DNA from: an uncultured Hyperthermus sp.
Lineage (GTDB): Archaea; Thermoproteota; Thermoprotei_A; Sulfolobales; Pyrodictiaceae
Assembly (NCBI GenBank): GCA_964498685.1
Contig: CAZCGO010000004.1
Coordinates: forward strand, 8,496-72,495
Direction: 5' to 3'
Length of the DNA: 64,000 bases
Made by a program: the position numbers and the translations under genes. Positions 47,964 to 57,963 of this stretch are shown in pieces. Below the pieces are notes generated by a model, which was not told where the DNA came from, did no database searches, and worked only from the letters and a program-made list of their open reading frames with translations. Each line of letters begins with the position of its first letter. Position 1 is the stretch's first letter.

Positions 47964-48785
47964 GTGGTGTCCCCTATGAGCCTGGCGGAGAAGAAGGCCC
48001 GGGATATAATGATGCGTGACTACCCGGCAGTAGACAAGGACGAGACGCTTGAACACGCGGTCCGCGTGATGAAGCGCTACGACACAGACCGCGTGCTGGC
48101 CTTCGAGGACGAGAAGCTGGAGGGCATAATGACGAAGAAAGATATAATGATGAAGCTCGCGACGTTGAGGACACGTAACGTCGCGCCCGGCAGGATGCAC
48201 GTCTCGAGCTTCATGACCTGGAACCCGAAGACAGCGCCACCCGATGCAACCGTTACAGAGCTGGCGCAGCGCATGATAAGCGAGGGGATAGGGAGCTACC
48301 CTATAGTAGAGGGCGACAAGGTGGTGGGCCTGGTAACCAGGTGGGAGATAGCGTCTCTCGCGCCACTATTCGAGAACGTCAAGGTAGTCGACGTGATGAC
48401 CACTGTCCCGGAGGTTCTGCGCACTACCCACAAGGTGCTACACGCTAGGCAGCTCCTTCTCCGCTACAACGTGCTGTTCCTGCCGGTGGTCGACGAGGAG
48501 GGCAGGCTAATAGGCTACGTGACAACAGATGAGATAGCAGACGCGCTGCTAGCCTTCCACGACATTGTGCCCGAGAAGTTCCGCAAGGAGAGAATAGACC
48601 ACCTCCTCGTCGACGACATAATGAGGCTCAGGCCGCCAACAGTGAGCCCCGACGACAGCGTAGCGACAGCCTTCGAGAAAATGAAGTCAAAGAAGACCAA
48701 GGGCGCAGTGGTAGTACACGAGGGCAAGCCAATAGGCCTAGTGACGCTCAACGAGCTGGTCAAGCTGGTAGCTAGCAGAGGCTAG
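47964..48785 (+). CDS. CBS-domain protein (four CBS motifs, 273 aa)
   Basis: TDRVLAFEDEKLEGIMTKKDIM, IGSYPIVEGDKVVGLVTRWEIA, VLFLPVVDEEGRLIGYVTTDEIA, TKGAVVVHEGKPIGLVTLNELV. Confidence 0.85.
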   Translation: MVSPMSLAEKKARDIMMRDYPAVDKDETLEHAVRVMKRYDTDRVLAFEDEKLEGIMTKKDIMMKLATLRTRNVAPGRMHVSSFMTWNPKTAPPDATVTELAQRMISEGIGSYPIVEGDKVVGLVTRWEIASLAPLFENVKVVDVMTTVPEVLRTTHKVLHARQLLLRYNVLFLPVVDEEGRLIGYVTTDEIADALLAFHDIVPEKFRKERIDHLLVDDIMRLRPPTVSPDDSVATAFEKMKSKKTKGAVVVHEGKPIGLVTLNELVKLVASRG

Positions 48786-49020
48786 CCCTCGGCAACCCGT
48801 TTTCCCCTGCACTTCCTTCTCCGCGGCCCAAGGCCATGCTACCGTCCGGCTGCTAGCCCTCACAGACGGGCACGTAATGCGGCAGCCCACAACCACGCCC
48901 GCCTATTCTACTGCCATAGCGCCAGGGCTACCCACGGCCAGGCGGCACGCCTCCAGAGCCCCCAGGGGGCGGCAGGTATTACGGGGTACTTGGCTGCCGC
49001 CTGGCCGTGGGGGACCAGGT

Positions 49021-49512
49021 GTGCCGGAGCACCGGTTCATAGTCGACTCTATGCTTGGTAGCCTTGCCCGCTGGCTCCGGATGCTCGGCTACGACACTGT
49101 GTATGCGAAGAACTGGCCTGATGGCCGTATCCTGGAGAAGGCTGCGGAGGAAGGCCGCGTGGTGGTGACTAGGGATCACGGCCTCTACGTGCGGGCGAGG
49201 CGGCGTGGCCTGGTGGCGGTGCTTGTGCCGGAGAGGCTTGAGGATGCTCTCGCCCTGCTGGCGCTGGGGCTTGGTATAGACCTCGTGGTGGACCCGGATA
49301 GGAGCCGCTGCCCCCTCTGCAATGCGCCGCTGCGCCGCGCGTCGCTGGAGGAGGTGCGGGGTCGTGTGCCGCCCAGGGTTGCCGAGTCTTTCAGGGAGTT
49401 CTGGGTGTGCACCGGCTGCGGCCAGGTCTACTGGCGGGGCGGGCACTGGAGGGGCATCGAGGCCACGTTGGCGGAGGCTAGGAAGAGGCTCCGGGAGCTG
49501 CGGGGCGGTTAG
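49021..49512 (+). CDS. Mut7-C/DUF82 PIN-like RNase domain protein with zinc ribbon
   Basis: FIVDSMLGSLARWLRMLGYDT...VVTRD...CPLCNAPL...FWVCTGCGQVYWRGGHW. Trimmed to GTG 49021; the longest ORF starts at 48877. Confidence 0.8.
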   Translation: MPEHRFIVDSMLGSLARWLRMLGYDTVYAKNWPDGRILEKAAEEGRVVVTRDHGLYVRARRRGLVAVLVPERLEDALALLALGLGIDLVVDPDRSRCPLCNAPLRRASLEEVRGRVPPRVAESFREFWVCTGCGQVYWRGGHWRGIEATLAEARKRLRELRGG

Positions 49513-49623
49513 CGATCGAGGGCCTCCTCATAGGCGTGGCGTTATCCTCGGACGCGTTTGCAGTCGCCACCCCGCCCTGGGGCCGGCTCCTGAGGCGGGG
49601 CACTCTTATCTTCTCTCCGTGTA

Positions 49624-50520
49624 TTGGTGCAGTCTTCGTGGCCCCTGGCGGGCTCTAGCGCGGCGTTAACGCTCTCACCGCTGCTGGAGGCTTGGTGGTG
49701 GTTGGGCTCTACTGGTGCGGGTGCGGCGCCTAACGCTGCTGGAGGCTTCGAGGAGCTTGTGAGGAGCCTGGGGCAGCGGCTGCTCTCCGTGAATCCGGCT
49801 TTGGCGTCGCTCGTGATATCGTTTGTGAGCAATGCAATACCCTTCATGACTGTGCCTTACCTGTTCGTTATAGCCCAGTATAGCGCCTTTATAGACAGTG
49901 TCTACGAGAAGGTGCTGATAGCGATAAGCGGCGGGCTTGGCGCGGCCCTCGGGAAGCTAGTCGTGTTCTACATGGGCCAGGGGGTGCACCACGTCCTCTC
50001 AGAAGAGAAACGCGAGGACCTGGAGTACTTTGTCCGCATGTTCCGTAGAAGCATGTTCCTGGCCGTGTTTCTCTTCGCGGCCCTGCCGCTGCCTGACGAC
50101 CTCCTCTACATACCGCTCGGCATAGCCGGCTACAGCCCGCTCCTCTTCTTCCTAGCAGTAGCCTCGGGCAAGATAGTACTCACCGCGCTGGCCGTGCTCT
50201 TCGGCGACGCTGTGAGAAGGCTAAGCGAGTGGCTGGGAGCCCAGCTAGGCGTAAACATGAGTGGCTCGGCGGCAGCGGGCCTGACCACGACGCTGCTCCT
50301 CGTAGCCCTGGGCTTGGTGATAGCCTACGTAACGGTGCGCATGAACTGGAGGAAGATAGTCGACGCGTACAACACGTATGGCCCCCTCATAGGCCTTGCC
50401 GAGATGGTGGTGCAGTTCTTCATAGCCCTACTGCCTAGGCGCGTGGCGACGCGCGTAGAGGAGAAGACCGATGCTCTCTTATCGAGGCTAGCAAGAGGAC
50501 GAGGGAGGCCACAGCGATAG
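49624..50520 (+). CDS. polytopic membrane protein (possibly VTT/DedA-like)
   Basis: 298 aa with about six hydrophobic helices. FVSNAIPFMTVPYLFV...GAALGKLVVFYMGQG is reminiscent of VTT-domain proteins. Start uncertain (TTG). Confidence 0.55.
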   Translation: MVQSSWPLAGSSAALTLSPLLEAWWWLGSTGAGAAPNAAGGFEELVRSLGQRLLSVNPALASLVISFVSNAIPFMTVPYLFVIAQYSAFIDSVYEKVLIAISGGLGAALGKLVVFYMGQGVHHVLSEEKREDLEYFVRMFRRSMFLAVFLFAALPLPDDLLYIPLGIAGYSPLLFFLAVASGKIVLTALAVLFGDAVRRLSEWLGAQLGVNMSGSAAAGLTTTLLLVALGLVIAYVTVRMNWRKIVDAYNTYGPLIGLAEMVVQFFIALLPRRVATRVEEKTDALLSRLARGRGRPQR

Positions 50521-51007
50521 CCAGGTTCGCCCAGTAGCCCCTACTGCCCGGCCTGGCCCCAGTAGCCCCTCTAGGCCGGGGACGCGTCGCCCCCTCTGCC
50601 GCGCGGCGCGTAGGCGCGGCATCTCCGCTGCTCCCCGCCGAGGAGGCGGCGGCGTCCATGAGGCGGCGCGGCGCGTGGCCGCCCCTCTCGGCGGCCTCCG
50701 GGCGCAGGGGGATAACCATCCTGGACCCGTTGTGGAGCACCACCTCGACACGCGCCCCCTGCCCGAGGCTCATGGGGCCTGCGCGGTAGACCGTGCAGCC
50801 TCCCCGGCTCCCGGCGGGAGCCGCCTCCACGGGGGGAGAGGCGGCAGAGGGGTAGACGGCTACACGTGCCCCGGCCGGCGCCTCGACCACGACAAGGTAG
50901 CCCGTGGCCGCGCCGGGTAGGACGCTCTGAGGGGTGGCGTTCACCGCGAGGCACGGCTGCATGGCCAGCAGCGAGGCGGCCGCCGCGAGCAGCAGCGAGG
51001 CCTGCAC
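50435..51007 (-). CDS. hypothetical secreted protein with C-terminal membrane anchor
   Basis: N-terminal signal-like MQASLLLAAAASLLAMQPCLAVNATP and a C-terminal helix YWANLAIAVASLVLLLASI followed by basic residues. Very GC-rich context, and 86 nt of convergent overlap with the previous gene. Confidence 0.4.
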   Translation of the reverse strand: MQASLLLAAAASLLAMQPCLAVNATPQSVLPGAATGYLVVVEAPAGARVAVYPSAASPPVEAAPAGSRGGCTVYRAGPMSLGQGARVEVVLHNGSRMVIPLRPEAAERGGHAPRRLMDAAASSAGSSGDAAPTRRAAEGATRPRPRGATGARPGSRGYWANLAIAVASLVLLLASIREHRSSPLRASPRA

Positions 51008-51034
51008 GGCTGCTCCCTTTGCTCCCCGCCCGGG

Positions 51035-53179
51035 CTAGAGGTGGAGCAGAAGCTCCGCGGCTATTCCTTGCAGGCTCCTCCTTATCTCCCCTGTGGCGGC
51101 TAGGTGCCCTATCTCCCTGGGCGTCCGGCCCTGCAGCACCCTCGTCGCCGCCACTAGCCTCTCCTTCTCGCCCAGCAGCCAGAGCCCCCCGTAGCGGGCC
51201 GCGAGGGCCTGCAGCCCGGCGGCTATGGCGTCGAGGGCCGACTCGGGCAGCGCCTGCCCAGCCGCAGCCCTCCGCAGCCTGGCCACCTGTGTCCTGGAGA
51301 GGCTGGCGCCGGGCAGTAGGCCTGCGAGCGCCGGGTCGCCGGCCAGCAGTAGGCCCGCCGCCTCCGGGTCGAGGCTCCGGTATAGGCTGCCGAGCCCCCA
51401 GAGGAGCCTCGAGGCGGCGTCCGCGGCGGCCGCGGCTACGAGCCTCGCCCCCTCGCTGTCGAGGCCCACGGCGGCTCCTACGTTGTGCTCGCCGGTGGCC
51501 CTAGAGGGGAGCGGGGAGACGTAGACGGGGAGGAGGCCGTTGCGTAGCCAGAACCGTGTCACCCGCGGCCTGCCGTAGATGGCGCCGAGCCAGCTGGCCC
51601 CGCTGCGCCTGGCCTCGGCCAGCAGCAGCTGGAGCATCCTGCTGCCCAGGCCTTTCCGCTGCAGCCTCGGGTGAACCGCTATGCGCACTATCCTCCAGCC
51701 GGTGAGGGGCCGGTAGGAGCCGGCTGCCTCCGCGAGCCGGTCGTAGAGTATCCGGTGCTCCCACCTCGTCCCGGGCCCCTCCTCTGCAACATCCGCAGCA
51801 GCCACCACGTGGCCGTCCTGCTTCAACGCGTAGAGGCGGTGGTGCGGCGCGTCCAGCATGAGGGCCAGGTCGTCTGGCTCGTTGCGGTAGTGGGCGGCGG
51901 CGAGGAGGGAGTAGACGGCGGCCAGTAGGCCTTGGTTCCGCGCAAGCTCCCTGCGGTCCAGCTCCACGAGCACCGCGTGGGCCGGGTCGGGCTCGGCGGG
52001 GGCGGGCGGTTCATCCACGCGCAGCATGAAGGTGGAGTAGAGCCACTCCTCCAACGGGTCCCCAGGGGGGTAGCGGACCGGTGTCCGCAGCTCCACGCTC
52101 AGCCGGGGCTCGGGCAGCAGCTCGCCAGCGGCGTGGGCGAGCAGCCTCCCCGAGCCCTCGTAGCCGTGCACCGTGGACGCAGCCAGGAGCCGCGGGCTCC
52201 TAGAGGCGATGGCCCGCAGCCTCGAGGGGCCTACGGCGGCGGCCTCGTCCACGACGGTGTAGGCCCCCGGCGCGGCCTGGTCAGGGGTATGGTAGCGGAC
52301 ATGGAACCAGGGCCCGGCGGCCCCGACGACCAGGCCGTGGCGGCGTATGAGCCAGTGCCGGTCTCCGAGCCGTGTGAGCGCAGAGTCTAGGACGTGGAAG
52401 AAGCTCTGCACGCTCCAGGCGGTGGGCGCGGTAACCGACACGAAGCCGGCCATGTGTGCGTGGACGAGGTACGCGACAGTCAACGCTAGCAGGCCCGACT
52501 TGCCTCTGCCCCTGTCGCCGAGCACTAGCACGCTGCGCCCCCGTCTCCGTAGGAACCCGACTATCTCGTCCAGAGCCTCCGCCTGCTCCCTGGTCGCGGC
52601 CGCCTCGACCAGCAGCCTGGGCAGGGGCTCGCGGGGGCGGTAGCCGGCCGGGGGCTCGGGGCGGCCCGCGCAGCAGGCGGGAAGCCGCTCGGCGTAGACG
52701 GTGTCCTCGTCCAGGGATGCCCAGAAGAGGCTCCTAGCCGAGTAGAGCCGCTCGACGAGGTAGACGCGGTAGGCCCCTATGCTCTCCTCGCCGCCGGGCT
52801 GCCAGGCTGGAAGCGGCGGGGCGACGAGCGCGAGGACGCCGCCGCCGCGGACCGCCTCGCCGGCCGCTGCAAGCAGGTTGGGGCGGAGCAGCCGGGGTAC
52901 GAGCAGGAGCGCGAACCCGGCCTCGGCGCCAAGTATCTCCTCTACGGCGCCGGGGCTCATTAGGCGCCTGCAGGCGCCTCTCGCTGCCTGGGCTAGCCGG
53001 CTGCGGTGCTCCGCTGGCGCCACGCAGAGCCCCGGCCCTAGCTGGCCGTGGAGGAGGCCTGCCAGCCGTTCTGCCGTGCCTGCAAGGTCTGTGGTGTGGA
53101 GGAGTACTAGGCCCCTGTAGCCCCCGGTGGACTTCAGGGCGTCGAGCCAGTCGCCTAGAGAGCGCCACACCTGCCACAA
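51035..53179 (-). CDS. tmcA: tRNA(Met) cytidine acetyltransferase TmcA (NAT10/Kre33 homologue)
   Basis: Helicase-type Walker A LVLGDRGRGKSGLLAL, then DEAAAV. GNAT core WRIVRIAVHPRLQRKGLGSRMLQ. The longest ORF starts at ATG 53284, abutting the divergent M42 gene; TTG 53179 or GVG-adjacent GTG 53170 is more plausible (...LDALKSTGGYRGLVLLH). Confidence 0.85.
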   Translation of the reverse strand: MWQVWRSLGDWLDALKSTGGYRGLVLLHTTDLAGTAERLAGLLHGQLGPGLCVAPAEHRSRLAQAARGACRRLMSPGAVEEILGAEAGFALLLVPRLLRPNLLAAAGEAVRGGGVLALVAPPLPAWQPGGEESIGAYRVYLVERLYSARSLFWASLDEDTVYAERLPACCAGRPEPPAGYRPREPLPRLLVEAAATREQAEALDEIVGFLRRRGRSVLVLGDRGRGKSGLLALTVAYLVHAHMAGFVSVTAPTAWSVQSFFHVLDSALTRLGDRHWLIRRHGLVVGAAGPWFHVRYHTPDQAAPGAYTVVDEAAAVGPSRLRAIASRSPRLLAASTVHGYEGSGRLLAHAAGELLPEPRLSVELRTPVRYPPGDPLEEWLYSTFMLRVDEPPAPAEPDPAHAVLVELDRRELARNQGLLAAVYSLLAAAHYRNEPDDLALMLDAPHHRLYALKQDGHVVAAADVAEEGPGTRWEHRILYDRLAEAAGSYRPLTGWRIVRIAVHPRLQRKGLGSRMLQLLLAEARRSGASWLGAIYGRPRVTRFWLRNGLLPVYVSPLPSRATGEHNVGAAVGLDSEGARLVAAAAADAASRLLWGLGSLYRSLDPEAAGLLLAGDPALAGLLPGASLSRTQVARLRRAAAGQALPESALDAIAAGLQALAARYGGLWLLGEKERLVAATRVLQGRTPREIGHLAATGEIRRSLQGIAAELLLHL

Positions 53180-53283
53180 GGCCCCGATGCACCCGGCACG
53201 CGCCCGCCGGGAGACATGGGCGAGGCGTTTAACCCTAGGGCTGCTTTGTGGCGTCCTCCCGGCTACCCGGAGGGGCGCATGCA

Positions 53284-54411
53284 TTGACGGCCGGAGTGTT
53301 TGGGGACGACGAGCTGGCGGGCTTCTTCTCCCTGCTTAAACGCCTCTCCGACGCTTTCGGCGTCTCGGGCTACGAGGACGAGATACGCGGCATAGTATTG
53401 GACGAGCTTAGACAGCATGCGGACGAGCTACGTGTCGACAGGTTCGGCAACGTGATTGCGGCGAAACGGTCGGGCAGGGGCTACCCCCGCGTGCTCTGGG
53501 ACGCCCATATAGACGAGATAGGCTTCTTCGTAAGATACATAGATGAGCGTGGCTTCCTCTATCTTAGCCCCGTGGGCGGCTGGAGCGAACGCGTCCTGCC
53601 CGGCCAGCGTGTGCGCATCCTATCCAGCACGGGCAGGATAGTCCGCGGCGTGGTCGGCTCAAAGCCCCCGCACCTCTTGAAGCCGGAGGAGAGGGACAAG
53701 GTGACGCCCCTGGACCGCCTCTTCGTCGACATAGGGGCTTCCAGCAGGGAGGAGGCCGAGAAGCTGGGCGTACGGGTCGGCTCCCCGGTGGACCTCGACC
53801 GGGAGGCGGTGATGCTCGCGGGGACGCGGGCCACCGGCAAGGCGTTCGACGACCGTGTCGGCGTGGCGGTGCTCCTGGACGCGTTCCGCCGCATAGAGCC
53901 GCGCGAGCAGGACGTGTACCTCGTCCTCGCGGTCCAGGAGGAGGTCGGCCTGAAGGGTGCCCGTGTCGCCGCGCAGCAGGTTCAGCCGGACGCGGCGATA
54001 GCCCTAGACGTGACTACGGCAAACGACGTGCCCGACGTGGCCAGGCAGGACTGGGTCGCCGAGCTAGGCAAGGGGCCCGTGCTCAAGGTCGCCGACGGCC
54101 GCGGCGCAGGCGGCCTCATAGGCAGCCCGAGGCTTCTATCGCTGCTCGAGGAGACAGCCCGCAGCCTAGGCATAGCCTACCAGAGGTCGATACTCCCCGG
54201 CGGCACCACCGACGCCGCCATAATAGCGCTAACGGGCCGCGGCGTGCCCTCGGCGGTCGTGGCGGTGCCCACCAGGTACATCCATAGCCCTGTAGAGCTC
54301 CTCGACCTCCGCGATGCCCTGGCGGCCTCAAGGCTCGTGGAGGCGGCTACGCTGAGGATAACGCCGGACTGGTACCGGGAGAACCTAGAGGAGAAGAAGC
54401 TCAAACCCTAG
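53284..54411 (+). CDS. M42-family metallo-aminopeptidase (TET/FrvX-like)
   Basis: LLKRLSDAFGVSGYEDE, WDAHIDEIGF, GKAFDDRVGVAVL, AVQEEVGLKGA. Start options are GTG 53248, TTG 53284 and GTG 53296. Confidence 0.85.
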   Translation: MTAGVFGDDELAGFFSLLKRLSDAFGVSGYEDEIRGIVLDELRQHADELRVDRFGNVIAAKRSGRGYPRVLWDAHIDEIGFFVRYIDERGFLYLSPVGGWSERVLPGQRVRILSSTGRIVRGVVGSKPPHLLKPEERDKVTPLDRLFVDIGASSREEAEKLGVRVGSPVDLDREAVMLAGTRATGKAFDDRVGVAVLLDAFRRIEPREQDVYLVLAVQEEVGLKGARVAAQQVQPDAAIALDVTTANDVPDVARQDWVAELGKGPVLKVADGRGAGGLIGSPRLLSLLEETARSLGIAYQRSILPGGTTDAAIIALTGRGVPSAVVAVPTRYIHSPVELLDLRDALAASRLVEAATLRITPDWYRENLEEKKLKP

Positions 54412-54465
54412 CCCCCTCCTCATAAGCCCCCGACTAGGGTCTAGACATTTTCACGGCGGCAGGCT

Positions 54466-55995
54466 ATGCGCCGGGAACTGCTTGACGAGCTCCGGGAGGC
54501 AAAGAGGCGGCTTCTGTCACCGGACCCGGAGAGGGCGCAGAGGCAGAGGAGGAAAGGCAAGCTGCTCGCCAGGGAGAGGCTCGAGCGGCTCCTCGACCCG
54601 GGCAGCCTACAGGAGATAGAGGCGTTCCATGTGAGCCCCTACACGCCGGGAGGGCGCTGGGGGGACGGCGTAGTAGCCGGCCTCGGCCGGGTCAACGGCC
54701 GCCCCGTCTACGTCTTCGCGCAGGACTTCACCGTTATGGGTGGAAGCATAGGCTACGCGCATGGAGCCAAGATAGCCAGGACGATAGAGATGGCTGCAAA
54801 GACGGGCGTCCCCGTGGTGGGCCTATGGGACTCGGGCGGGGCCAGGATACCCGAGGGCGTGGCCGCCCTCCACGCGGTAGGCATGATAATGAACGCGATA
54901 GTGCAGGCGAGCGGCGTGATCCCGCAGGTGTCCCTGGTGCTAGGCCCCAGCGCCGGCGGCGCCGCGTACGCCCCCGCCCTTATGGACTTCACCGTGATGG
55001 TCGAGAAGACCTCGTACATGTTCATAACAGGGCCGGACGTGGTCAGGGAGGTGACTGGGGAACAGGTAGACTTCGAGCAGCTCGGCGGCGCCAGGGTGCA
55101 CTCCGAGAAGAGCGGCGTAGCCCACTACGCCGCCGCCACGGAGGAGGAGGCGTTCGAGTATACCCGCTCACTGCTCTCCTACCTGCCCGACAACAACGAG
55201 GCGCCCCTCCCGGTGGCGGAGCCAACGGACCCCCCGGAGAGGAGCCTAGATGACATCGAGGCAGTGATACCGGACGACCCTAACCGGCCCTACGACATGC
55301 TCGAGGTCGCGCAGAGGATATTCGACGAGGGCTCCCTGCTAGAGCTGCAGCCCGACTACGGCCAGTCACTGATAACGGCCTTCGCGAGGCTAGGCGGTAT
55401 ACCTGTCTGCCTCGTAGCCAGCCAGCCCCTCGTAGCAAGCGGCGCCATAGACATAGCCGCCTCCGTCAAGGCCGCCAGGTTCGTCCGCTTCTGCGACGCC
55501 TTCAACCTCCCCATAGTAACCCTCGTAGACGTCCCCGGCTACATGCCCGGCGTGGGCCAGGAGCACGGCGGCATAATACGCCACGGCGCGAAGATGCTCT
55601 ACGCCTACGCCGAGGCCACGGTGCCCAAGATAACACTCATCGTGAGGAAGGCCTACGGGGGAGCCTACATAGCCATGGGGAGCCGCAGCCTTGGCGCAGA
55701 CCTGGTATACGCGTGGCCCACCGCCGAGGTAGCCGTGCTCGGCGCCAGGGCCGCGGTAAGGATACTCCACCGCCGCGAACTAGCAAGAGCCGACAACCCG
55801 GAGGAGCTGCGACGCCGGCTCGAGGAGGAGTACACTGCCGAGATGCTCAACCCCTACCGGGCGGCCGAGACCGGCCTAGTAGACGACGTGATAGAGCCCC
55901 GCGAGACCAGGGCCCGGCTCTACCGTGCACTACGCGCCCTGCTGCCCAAGCGGGAGCACAGGCCCCCGCGGAAGCACGGCAACCCGCCCCTCTAG
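54466..55995 (+). CDS. pccB: acyl-CoA carboxylase carboxyltransferase subunit (propionyl/acetyl-CoA carboxylase beta family)
   Basis: 509 aa. GKLLARERLERLLDPGS, FAQDFTVMGGSIG, GGARIPEG, GPSAGGAAYAPALMDF, RKAYGGAYIAMG. Confidence 0.9.
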   Translation: MRRELLDELREAKRRLLSPDPERAQRQRRKGKLLARERLERLLDPGSLQEIEAFHVSPYTPGGRWGDGVVAGLGRVNGRPVYVFAQDFTVMGGSIGYAHGAKIARTIEMAAKTGVPVVGLWDSGGARIPEGVAALHAVGMIMNAIVQASGVIPQVSLVLGPSAGGAAYAPALMDFTVMVEKTSYMFITGPDVVREVTGEQVDFEQLGGARVHSEKSGVAHYAAATEEEAFEYTRSLLSYLPDNNEAPLPVAEPTDPPERSLDDIEAVIPDDPNRPYDMLEVAQRIFDEGSLLELQPDYGQSLITAFARLGGIPVCLVASQPLVASGAIDIAASVKAARFVRFCDAFNLPIVTLVDVPGYMPGVGQEHGGIIRHGAKMLYAYAEATVPKITLIVRKAYGGAYIAMGSRSLGADLVYAWPTAEVAVLGARAAVRILHRRELARADNPEELRRRLEEEYTAEMLNPYRAAETGLVDDVIEPRETRARLYRALRALLPKREHRPPRKHGNPPL

Positions 55996-56447
55996 CCGCA
56001 GCGTATGCGGAACAGGAGCCCGCCGGCGGCGACACCTCCCCCGGGCTCAGCGAGCTCCTCTACAACGCCGCTGCACGGGGCCCTGACCTCGTTAAGCATC
56101 TTCATTGTCTCAACTATTAGCACGACGTCGCCCTCCGATACCCTCGAGCCCGGCTCTACGCGGGCCTCCACGACCCGTACAGGCAGCCTCGCCCGGACAG
56201 CGCCCTCGGCCTCCGAGAACTCGGCCAGCCAGCCCCCCCGGCTCCGCCTGGCCCCGCCCCGTCTCCCGCGGAGATCGGACACGTGGTACGAGCCCCATGG
56301 CGTCTCCAGCACGCCATCCCTGGCCCTGACGCGGAGAGAGCGCCTCTCGCCGCCCTCCTCCACCACTACCAGGTAGACGCCGGGGGCCTCCTCCCTGACC
56401 TCTACCACCCTGACGCTACCACCTTGACGGCGGCCAGGGCCAGCCAT
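55992..56447 (-). CDS. accB: biotin carboxyl carrier protein
   Basis: C-terminal biotinyl domain GDVVLIVETMKMLNEVRAPCSGVV (xMKM biotinylation motif). Overlaps the accC stop by 32 nt. Confidence 0.8.
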   Translation of the reverse strand: MAGPGRRQGGSVRVVEVREEAPGVYLVVVEEGGERRSLRVRARDGVLETPWGSYHVSDLRGRRGGARRSRGGWLAEFSEAEGAVRARLPVRVVEARVEPGSRVSEGDVVLIVETMKMLNEVRAPCSGVVEELAEPGGGVAAGGLLFRIRCG

Positions 56448-57963
56448 GCCACTCCACCAGCCCGGGGCCCCTCGCCGCAGCGGCCGGCGTGTTGCCGAGC
56501 CTGCCGGCCACCTCTGCGGCTATCATGCGCCGCCTCTCCGCCTCGGCCAGCAGCTCGTCCAGCCTCTCCTCCAGCGTGGCCGTGTGGAACTCGCCCCGCA
56601 AGAACCAGTCCGAGCCCGCCACCACCCTCAGGAGGTCGAGGTTGGTCTCAACGCCCGCCACGACGGTGTCCCTAAGCGCGGCGTGGAGCCTCGAGACGGC
56701 CTCCCCGCGGTCACGCCCGTACGCGATTATCTTCGCGAGGAGCGTGTCGTAGCCGGGGTCGACTCGGACGCCGGGCTCGAGGGCGTGGTCGACGCGCAGC
56801 CAGACACCCTCCGGCGGCCTCCACGCCGCCACCACCCCGGTGGACGCCCTGAACCCCTCCCAGGGGTTCTCGGCGTAGAGACGCGCCTCCACGGCCCAGC
56901 CGTGGAGCCTCACCTCCTCCTGCCTGACCCCCAGCTCCCTGCCGGCGGCAACCAGCAGCTGCTGCTCCACGATGTCGACCCCGGTGACCATCTCTGTGAC
57001 GCCGTGCTCCACCTGCAGCCTCGTATTCGCCTCGATGAAGTACGCGTTCCCGCGCTCATCCACTACGAACTCGACCGTGCCGGCGCTCGCGTAGTCGACG
57101 CTCTCCCCGAGGCGGAGGGCGTAGTCGAGAAGCCTCTCCCTTAGCCCGCGCAGCCTCTCGGCCAGCGGGCTGGGCGCCTCCTCGACTATCTTCTGCCTCC
57201 TCCTCTGTATGCTGCACTCCCTCTCATAGAGGTGGACGACTCGCCCCTGCCCGTCCCCCAGTATCTGCACCTCCACGTGGCGCGGCCTCTCGACAAGCTT
57301 CTCCACGAAGACGGCTCCGGCGTCGCCGAAGCCCCTCCTGGCCTCCTCGGCCACCAGGCGGTAGGCCTCCGCCGCCTCCTCGGGGCCAGCGGCGACCCTC
57401 ATGCCGCGGCCACCGCCCGCCCTAGAGGCCTTGACCACCACCGGGGCCCCCAGCCTCTCGGCGCACCTCTCCGCCTCCCTGGGGCTCCCCGCCCTGCACC
57501 AGGGCACCGTCGGCACGCCCAGCTTCTCGGCGAGACGCTTGGCCTCCCACTTGTCCCCCAGCAGCCTCATAGCCTTAGGGCTGGGCCCGGCCCACGCCAC
57601 GCCGGCGTCTAGCACCTTCTCGGCGAACACCGGGTTCTCCGAGAGGAACCCGTAGCCGGGGTGCACTATGTCGGCCCCGGCCTTCTCCGCCGCCTCGACC
57701 AGGGCATCGACGTCGGTATAGGAGGGCACCTCTATCGAGAACAGGCCCGCCCTGACGTGGGGGCTCCCCCGGTCGCCCCTCGTGTACACGGTTACGGGCT
57801 CCCAGCCGAGGCTGCGCACGCTCCTAGCTATCCTTACCGCTACCTCCCCCCTGGCGGCTATCAATACGCGCAATCCAGGCAACGCCCCCAGCCACTGTGC
57901 GTCATGGTTTAATACCGTGCCAGCGTGACTCGGCCCCGGCCGCCGGGGCCGGGCCATGAGCAC
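56416..57963 (-). CDS. accC: biotin carboxylase
   Basis: VLIAARGEVAVRIARS, ATP-grasp VVKASRAGGGRGMRVA, HVEVQILGD, ERECSIQRRRQKIVEEAPS. The start is probably downstream of 57963. Confidence 0.9.
   Translation of the reverse strand: MLMARPRRPGPSHAGTVLNHDAQWLGALPGLRVLIAARGEVAVRIARSVRSLGWEPVTVYTRGDRGSPHVRAGLFSIEVPSYTDVDALVEAAEKAGADIVHPGYGFLSENPVFAEKVLDAGVAWAGPSPKAMRLLGDKWEAKRLAEKLGVPTVPWCRAGSPREAERCAERLGAPVVVKASRAGGGRGMRVAAGPEEAAEAYRLVAEEARRGFGDAGAVFVEKLVERPRHVEVQILGDGQGRVVHLYERECSIQRRRQKIVEEAPSPLAERLRGLRERLLDYALRLGESVDYASAGTVEFVVDERGNAYFIEANTRLQVEHGVTEMVTGVDIVEQQLLVAAGRELGVRQEEVRLHGWAVEARLYAENPWEGFRASTGVVAAWRPPEGVWLRVDHALEPGVRVDPGYDTLLAKIIAYGRDRGEAVSRLHAALRDTVVAGVETNLDLLRVVAGSDWFLRGEFHTATLEERLDELLAEAERRRMIAAEVAGRLGNTPAAAARGPGLVEWHGWPWPPSRW

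Noticed and set aside
53248-53284. Head-to-head overlap of tmcA and the M42 peptidase around the ATGCAT palindrome
   Set aside because: It most likely results from taking the longest ORFs. Downstream TTG/GTG starts (53179/53170 for tmcA, 53284/53296 for M42) fit the conserved N-termini and restore an intergenic promoter region.
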